Assembly: GCA_038883775.1 (NCBI GenBank)
Contig: JAVZLM010000002.1
Location: 1 to 64,000 of the forward strand
Length of the DNA stretch: 64,000 bases
Direction: 5' to 3'
Source of the DNA: Candidatus Bathyarchaeia archaeon
GTDB lineage: Archaea > Thermoproteota > Bathyarchaeia > Bathyarchaeales > Bathycorpusculaceae
This document shows, piece by piece, positions 58,368-64,000 of the stretch (position 1 is its first letter; every line of letters starts with the position of its first letter). The notes beneath the pieces were generated by a model. That model ran no database searches, was not told where the DNA came from, and was given only the letters and a program-made list of their open reading frames with translations. A program made the translations under genes and the position numbers.

Positions 58368-58805
58368 ATGCTAAACTCAGAAGCTTTGAGAAAAATTCTT
58401 TCAAAATATAAAACTGTGGCTGTTGTGGGATTATCAAAAGATCCATCAAAAGACAGTCATAGGGTTGCTAAATATTTGAAGGAAAACAGCTTCAGCATAA
58501 TTCCAATAAACCCCACGGCAGATGAGATTCTCGGCGAAAAAAGCTACAAGACCCTCTTAGACATGCCAGAAGAAGTTCAAAAAACCTTAGAGATTGTTGA
58601 CATTTTCAGACCTTCCGAAGAGGTTTTGCCCATAATCGAACAAGCCATCCAATTGCGAAAGCGTCATGGCTTGCCACATGTGGTTTGGATGCAGCTTGGA
58701 ATAATGAATGAAAAAGCAGCAGAAAAAGCGAGAAAAGCGGGGTTAACGGTTATTATGGACAAGTGCATGATGAGAGAACATAAACAACTCTTTTCAAGAC
58801 AATAA
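58368..58805 (+). CDS. CoA-binding protein (YccU-like)
   Basis: VAVVGLS...S..VA.YL, PINP, VDIFR, WMQLG, DKC. Confidence 0.93.
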   Translation: MLNSEALRKILSKYKTVAVVGLSKDPSKDSHRVAKYLKENSFSIIPINPTADEILGEKSYKTLLDMPEEVQKTLEIVDIFRPSEEVLPIIEQAIQLRKRHGLPHVVWMQLGIMNEKAAEKARKAGLTVIMDKCMMREHKQLFSRQ

Positions 58806-58809
58806 TCTT

Positions 58810-59424
58810 TCAAATTTGGATTATTTCCGGTACAATTTTTTCTTTTGTTATTTTTAGCAAGGCTAAAGTTGGTTTTGTTATGAAAGGCGGGATGGGATTT
58901 GTGGGACTTCCAGGGTTTATGAAGAGGGTTTTTCCTTCCCATTTTACGCTTGAGTTATGGGTATGCCCATAAACCAAAACATCAAAACTGTTCTGTTTAG
59001 CGATTTCACGCATCTTTCCCATTCCGAAAAGGGCTCCAGGATCATGTATTACCCCAATTTTCCAATCAAAAACCTTAACAGAATTCATTTTCGGAAGTTT
59101 TCCCCGAATTTCAGGTCCATCCATATTTCCATAAACGGCTAAAACAGGCGCCAGCTGCTCCAACTCATCAATAACGGATAATTGCACCAAATCGCCGGCA
59201 TGAACTATAAAATCCACTTTCTCAAAAACTTCAAAAACCTTTTTCGGAAGACTCCTAGCCCTCAAAGGTATGTGGGTGTCAGAGATTAAACCCACAGTTT
59301 TCGCCACAGAATATTCAGGCGGTTTATAAAGGATTTTAGGCTGTTGATAAGCCATCGGCTTTTCCTCTATAAACAAGTTTAGCGTTTCAGAAATAAGAAT
59401 CTTAGCCAGAGGCTTTAGAGACAA
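58810..59424 (-). CDS. YfcE/Vps29-like metallophosphoesterase (start likely MAYQQ at 59355)
   Basis: SDTH, HAGD, GNMD, GHTH, NPGS. Confidence 0.92.
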   Translation of the reverse strand: MSLKPLAKILISETLNLFIEEKPMAYQQPKILYKPPEYSVAKTVGLISDTHIPLRARSLPKKVFEVFEKVDFIVHAGDLVQLSVIDELEQLAPVLAVYGNMDGPEIRGKLPKMNSVKVFDWKIGVIHDPGALFGMGKMREIAKQNSFDVLVYGHTHNSSVKWEGKTLFINPGSPTNPIPPFITKPTLALLKITKEKIVPEIIQI

Positions 59425-59986
59425 ACTTGTTGCCTTTTATGAAAAATCTCAGCTCTTGTGGCAAATCAAACTTTACGCCTATCCTATGAGAAGAACAAAA
59501 CTCAAAACTTTCTACTTCTCCTTCAACCACCATTATTGGGCTGTTCTTTTTTGTAACGTAGACCCCATTTAGTTCATTAGTTATTGCCAAAGCCCTTGCT
59601 AATTTTCCAGGACCATTAGTCAAAAGGCGCATGTCCTTCACCTTCCTATTTTTCATCATAATCTCCACTCCGCAAAGTGGCTCCAAAGCCCTTATCAAAA
59701 CGGCTCCAACATCGCCCTTTGGATGCGCAACTATGTTTAGAAGCCAGTTTCCATGAACCATGTAGATAAAGGTTCTTCCAACATCCAAAAACATCAGTTC
59801 ATTAAAAACTTTCCTACCACTATAAGCTTTTGAGGCTGGATCCTTTTCTCCATAATAGGCTTCTGTCTCCACAATCTTCCCAGACACATGTATACCATTT
59901 AATTTTCTTACCAAAATTTTTCCAAGCAACTCTTTGGCTGCAATGTCTGGTGCTCTCTCATAGAAACTTTTAGGCAGCACTCGCAT
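59402..59986 (-). CDS. DNA-3-methyladenine glycosylase (MPG/AAG family)
   Basis: IVETEAY, AVLIRALEP, GPGKL..AL, RIGV. Confidence 0.95.
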   Translation of the reverse strand: MRVLPKSFYERAPDIAAKELLGKILVRKLNGIHVSGKIVETEAYYGEKDPASKAYSGRKVFNELMFLDVGRTFIYMVHGNWLLNIVAHPKGDVGAVLIRALEPLCGVEIMMKNRKVKDMRLLTNGPGKLARALAITNELNGVYVTKKNSPIMVVEGEVESFEFCSSHRIGVKFDLPQELRFFIKGNKFVSKASG

Positions 59987-60067
59987 TTTCTCAATCCTTA
60001 AAATAATATTTTGGAGCGATGAAATTTAAATTGTAAAAAAGGCTAAATTGTTTATAGTGAGTTCAGC

Positions 60068-60415
60068 ATGATAGAGTTTTATGATTTTGGTGTTATGGTT
60101 ATAAATGGCAAAAGATACACAAGCGACCTGATAATTTATCAATGGAAGGTTTTTGATGGCTGGTGGAGAAGGGAAAGTCACAGACTATACATGGAAGATT
60201 TAAATAGAATTTTCAGTTTTGAGCCTAAACCTCAAGTTTTGGTGGTGGGCACGGGATTTTCTGGACTTTTAAAGGTTTCAAGGGAAGTGGAAGAAACCCT
60301 AAGATCTCATAAAATCGAGTTGGTGGCGCAACCCACAAAAGAAGCAATTCAAACTTTTAACAAATTTTTGGCTTCTGGCAAGCGGGTTGCTGGAGCTTTT
60401 CACCTCACTTGTTAA
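60068..60415 (+). CDS. Mth938-like (DUF498) protein
   Basis: FG...ING..Y..D, VVGTG, FHLTC. Confidence 0.9.
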   Translation: MIEFYDFGVMVINGKRYTSDLIIYQWKVFDGWWRRESHRLYMEDLNRIFSFEPKPQVLVVGTGFSGLLKVSREVEETLRSHKIELVAQPTKEAIQTFNKFLASGKRVAGAFHLTC

Positions 60416-60480
60416 AAGGAGGATAAAAACTTAAGTGGAATAAGCATTTAATACTCTGCCCTAAAAGGTGAACCATTAAA

Positions 60481-61839
60481 ATGGGCGGTCAAATATTAAA
60501 GGAAATAGAAGAGGAAATAACAAATCTTCTTAGCGACTTAATCCGCATAAACACAACAAATCCGCCTGGAAACGAAACAGAAGCAGCGAAATATTTAGCA
60601 AAAAATCTTGAAAAAGATGGCTTCAAATGTGAACTCTTCGAGTCTGCGCCTGGAAGAGGAAGCGTTGTAACAAGACTTAAAGGAGAAAAAGCAAAGCCAA
60701 GCTTACTTTTGTTATCCCATTTGGATGTGGTGGCTGCAAATCCAAAAGAATGGAGCGTAGACCCCTTCGGAGGCATAATCAAAGATGGCTTTGTTTGGGG
60801 ACGCGGCGCCATAGATATGAAATCCATGACAGCCATGGAAGTCATGGTCATGAAACTTCTAAAAAGGAATGGCGTAAAACCTAAAGGTGACATAATATTG
60901 GCTGCAACAGCAGACGAAGAAAAAGGCGGAGAAGCTGGAGCAGGATGGCTTGTGCGCAACTATCCCGAAAAGGTTCAGGCAGATTATGTCATAAATGAGG
61001 GGGGAGGACTCGCCATCCCAATAAACGGCAAAAACATCTACACGATTCAAACTGCGGAAAAGGGAGTTTTATGGTTCAAAGTTAAAGCTAAAGGCAGTCC
61101 AGGGCATGGTTCAGTGCCTGGCGCGGCGGACAACGCCATATTGCGCATGAATAAGGTTGTGGAAAAGCTTGGAAATCATAGGGCAAAAATTTCCATAGTG
61201 CCAACCATGAAAGGTTTCTTAAACGAAATGGCAAAGGAAAACCCAACTTTAAAACAAGGAGTTTCGCTTTTGTTCCAAAATCCAGATATGGGCGACCAAA
61301 TATTAGACATGTTAGCCCAGCAAGACAAAGCCATGGCTGAAGAGCTTCGAGCTATGCTCAGAATGACTATAGCCCCCACAGTAATCCATGGAGGCATTAA
61401 AGAAAATATTATTCCATCAGAATGCGAAGCCATTTTTGACTGCAGAATACTGCCGGGACAAAACACCAAAGAAGCGTTTGAGTATATTAAAAACTTGCTA
61501 AAGGATGTTGGTTTAGAAAAGTTGGATTTTGAAATAATTCAAGCTCATGACCCTTCAGAATCGCCATCAAACACGCCGCTTTATGAGCTAATTGTGAATG
61601 TTGTTAAAGAGTTTGAACCCAGCTGTTCTGCAGTGCCATTCTTGCTTACTGGTGGAACAGACTCTCGATTCTTTAGAAGGATTGGCAGCGTATGCTATGG
61701 TTTTGGACCGATGCGAGCTGATTTACCTTATGGGGAAATTTTGAAAATGGCTCATGGAATAGACGAAAGAATTTCCATAGAAAATCTCGTGTTTGGAACA
61801 AGCGTCCTCTACGCTATTGTTGAAAAATTTATTGGGTAA
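60481..61839 (+). CDS. M20/M25/M40 metallo-hydrolase
   Basis: NPPGNE, SHLDVV, WGRGAIDMK, ADEE, GGTD, HG.DERI. Confidence 0.94.
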   Translation: MGGQILKEIEEEITNLLSDLIRINTTNPPGNETEAAKYLAKNLEKDGFKCELFESAPGRGSVVTRLKGEKAKPSLLLLSHLDVVAANPKEWSVDPFGGIIKDGFVWGRGAIDMKSMTAMEVMVMKLLKRNGVKPKGDIILAATADEEKGGEAGAGWLVRNYPEKVQADYVINEGGGLAIPINGKNIYTIQTAEKGVLWFKVKAKGSPGHGSVPGAADNAILRMNKVVEKLGNHRAKISIVPTMKGFLNEMAKENPTLKQGVSLLFQNPDMGDQILDMLAQQDKAMAEELRAMLRMTIAPTVIHGGIKENIIPSECEAIFDCRILPGQNTKEAFEYIKNLLKDVGLEKLDFEIIQAHDPSESPSNTPLYELIVNVVKEFEPSCSAVPFLLTGGTDSRFFRRIGSVCYGFGPMRADLPYGEILKMAHGIDERISIENLVFGTSVLYAIVEKFIG

Positions 61840-61848
61840 AATGGATAG

Positions 61849-62880
61849 ATGTGGTATAACAATATGACGGATGTTATTCTAGAAAAACTTTATGCTCACA
61901 AGCAAAATTTGGAAACTCACTTTGAGAAAGCCTCAAAATTTTTGGTGAAATGTCAAATTATTGAACCTTACGTTGAAAAAGGAACCCTGCACGGTTGCAT
62001 TTGTCCTTGGGAAATTGGTGAATTCGCCGATGAGGGAGCTTTTCCGATATTAGAGGATTTCCATGATACCCTCGAAGCGATATGGGTTTGGTCCTACTAC
62101 ACGGAGGTTTCACGCAAACAAACTTTCAAACCCAACATAACGTGGGCATGGGAATACATAACCGAAAATTGGAAAAGATTCATAAAAGAAGAAAAAACGG
62201 ATGGAGGTTTATACGATTGCTCTTTTCTGTTGTTTAGTGGAGCTTTCTATGAAAAAGTCTTCAGCGATAATAAATATGAAGAACTGATTATAAAGGCGGG
62301 AAACCATTTAGAGAAATACCTCGAAAAGTTAGAATCCACAAAAGGCAGAGAATATCATGACCCCTTTTGGATGACATTTTGTTTAGGCTTGGTTGCAAAG
62401 CAATTAAAACAGGGAAAATGGTTCAGAACCGCAGAAACTTTTGTGAAAAATAAAATTGTTTCCACAGAAAAGCCCTTCTCAAACATCGAAAGGGAACCAC
62501 GCCATAAAGGACCAGGAAATCACGATTTCTTTTGCAAAAATGCAAACAAAGCTCTAGCACTCATAGTTTGTTTGGATCAAGAAGAGTTAACAAAACAAAT
62601 CCTTTTAAAGGAATTCTTGCCTTGTCTCCCGAAAAATTTTGTTTCACGGCATGTGGACGAAAACGCTTGGAATGCACATCTAGCCACTGCTATTGGTAAA
62701 GCCTATCTTCTTACAGGCAACACAGATTTTCTAAAGAGGTATTTTGCGATTATGGATGAGTTGAAAGTGAGAGATGTTCAAAAATCTGCTGCGCTCCCTC
62801 GTTCGCCGTCATTTTTACGTAGAGAATCTTGGGCTACTTTCTTTTATGCCCATGCTTACGCTTCAGTTTGCAATTATTAG
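61849..62880 (+). CDS. Hypothetical all-alpha protein (possibly alpha/alpha toroid)
   Basis: Long ORF co-oriented with the M20 gene; aromatic-rich helices; DFHDTLEAIW, DENAWN, ESW. Confidence 0.7.
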   Translation: MWYNNMTDVILEKLYAHKQNLETHFEKASKFLVKCQIIEPYVEKGTLHGCICPWEIGEFADEGAFPILEDFHDTLEAIWVWSYYTEVSRKQTFKPNITWAWEYITENWKRFIKEEKTDGGLYDCSFLLFSGAFYEKVFSDNKYEELIIKAGNHLEKYLEKLESTKGREYHDPFWMTFCLGLVAKQLKQGKWFRTAETFVKNKIVSTEKPFSNIEREPRHKGPGNHDFFCKNANKALALIVCLDQEELTKQILLKEFLPCLPKNFVSRHVDENAWNAHLATAIGKAYLLTGNTDFLKRYFAIMDELKVRDVQKSAALPRSPSFLRRESWATFFYAHAYASVCNY

Positions 62881-63554
62881 GAGGCAATACACTCTTTCAT
62901 TAGGCTTCCGAGAAGCGTTTGTGGCAGTAAGACTGGCTTGTCGGTTAAGCGCTTAAATAGCTCTTTAACTTTTGGGGTGAACCCAATACAATCCAGAACA
63001 ATCAAATCAACATTATTTTTAGCCAAAAATTTGGCAGCCTCTTCAAAGGCCTTACTTTCGCCGTAAGGATTCGCATTAGTCATAACAATGGAGAAGCCCT
63101 TGCTTTCCCATTTTCTTTTAATTTTCGGTATCTGCTCCTTTTCTGGAACAACTATGCCAATCTTTCCGCCGCTTATGCATTTAACAATGTTGGAGATTAG
63201 TTTGTCTGGCATTAATAGAGGCCTTTTCGACTTTAAACTTGGAAATTCTCCAGTACACAAAAGCAAATTTAAATCAACACCCAAATCTTCAAGCTCTCTT
63301 ATGCATTTTTGAACTCTTGGAACAATGTGTTTTCTTGCCACCTTGACGGGTGTTCCATCACTTAATCGCGTAACCAACACATAATCTCGTGCTTTCGGAG
63401 CCAACTTTTCAATTTCCTTCTTTGTTAAGCCGTCTAAGGCTCCCTTCTCGATAAGCTCAACTTGTGAACTAAGCATATCTCTTAAAACCGGCGTTAGGTC
63501 TGTTCTGGGCGCTTGCCCAATGGTTATTAATCCTATCTTCAACTTTAACCACAC
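62877..63554 (-). CDS. AroM family protein
   Basis: TIGQAPR.D, LVTRL.DG, LLCTGEF, LDCIGF. Confidence 0.92.
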   Translation of the reverse strand: MWLKLKIGLITIGQAPRTDLTPVLRDMLSSQVELIEKGALDGLTKKEIEKLAPKARDYVLVTRLSDGTPVKVARKHIVPRVQKCIRELEDLGVDLNLLLCTGEFPSLKSKRPLLMPDKLISNIVKCISGGKIGIVVPEKEQIPKIKRKWESKGFSIVMTNANPYGESKAFEEAAKFLAKNNVDLIVLDCIGFTPKVKELFKRLTDKPVLLPQTLLGSLMKECIAS

Positions 63555-63559
63555 ATAGT

Positions 63560-64000
63560 TTATGTTTTTATCAACGATTTCTCGTAATCTAAAACAACAT
63601 ATTTTTGCCCTTTTCTAATTACTTTATGTCCTTCCATTTCCAAAAGTTTCCTTTGTCCCTCAACTCCGCCTGGATATTTCTCGTTAATGACCCCTCCAGT
63701 TTTTAAAGTGCGCCAATAAGGCGTTATGTCCCTTTCGCCCTTTTGCCTTTTTTCTTCTGCAGCGTGTGCAGCCACCCATGCGAATATGCCAGTGGTTATG
63801 GGACAACCAATTGTTGCTTTATGTTTTTTTGCTAAGGCTTTTTGAATCTCGTTTATTGTTGTAAGCTTTCCATGCGGCACTTTCCTCATTATTTCGTCAA
63901 CTTCCATTGGCGCTGGAATAACCACAGTGCCTTCACCCCACCTCTTGCGCATTTTTCCACTAATCTCCTGCACTTTTGGCAACCCTTTGTCATTTTTCAA
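63560..64000 (-). CDS. MGMT/alkyltransferase-like protein, 5' end outside the window
   Basis: VP.GKL.T, CP.TTGIF, PYWR, PGG...Q..LL..EG. Confidence 0.8.
   Translation of the reverse strand: MKNDKGLPKVQEISGKMRKRWGEGTVVIPAPMEVDEIMRKVPHGKLTTINEIQKALAKKHKATIGCPITTGIFAWVAAHAAEEKRQKGERDITPYWRTLKTGGVINEKYPGGVEGQRKLLEMEGHKVIRKGQKYVVLDYEKSLIKT

Noticed and set aside
58249-58449. 66-aa minus-strand ORF
   Set aside because: Overlaps the start and promoter of the CoA-binding gene and has no motifs
58810-59424. Vps29 as a eukaryotic signature protein
   Set aside because: It has the full metal-binding motifs of the widespread prokaryotic YfcE/MJ0936 family and no retromer partners nearby

Overview
Archaeal chromosomal window, most likely Bathyarchaeia (TACK). 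This is inferred from the 23S sequence with no 5S downstream, a short eL13 beside eL15, intron-less archaeal tRNAs and characteristic hypothetical families. It holds the 3' end of 23S rRNA, six tRNAs (Ala, Phe, Val, Gln, Thr, Pro) and about 65 CDSs. These include housekeeping genes (cysS, rpl15e, rpl13e, rnp2, rnp3, rnz, trm11, prs, class II HMG-CoA reductase, thpR, cca, dinB, dys, trmY, thiL, purA), many peptidases and MFS transporters, a PAS kinase/receiver pair, and surface proteins. No CRISPR array or intact mobile element was seen. The most interesting signals are: (1) an operon of three paralogous oligomerisation+winged-helix proteins; (2) a membrane protein plus two secreted TasA/bundling-pilin-like subunits, a candidate filament system; (3) two distant Zn-finger paralogs with a 52-bp promoter block that is 42/52 identical; (4) a recurring intergenic palindrome ATTC-N-GAAT(CC); (5) an unannotated box C/D-like sRNA and an eL15 leader; (6) a decayed integrase and protease remnant flanking tRNA-Phe; (7) a tRNA-Thr with an A54 T-loop; (8) an expanded 23S helix 98; and (9) two genes split at A-tracts. 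All calls come from reading the sequence; no database search was run.
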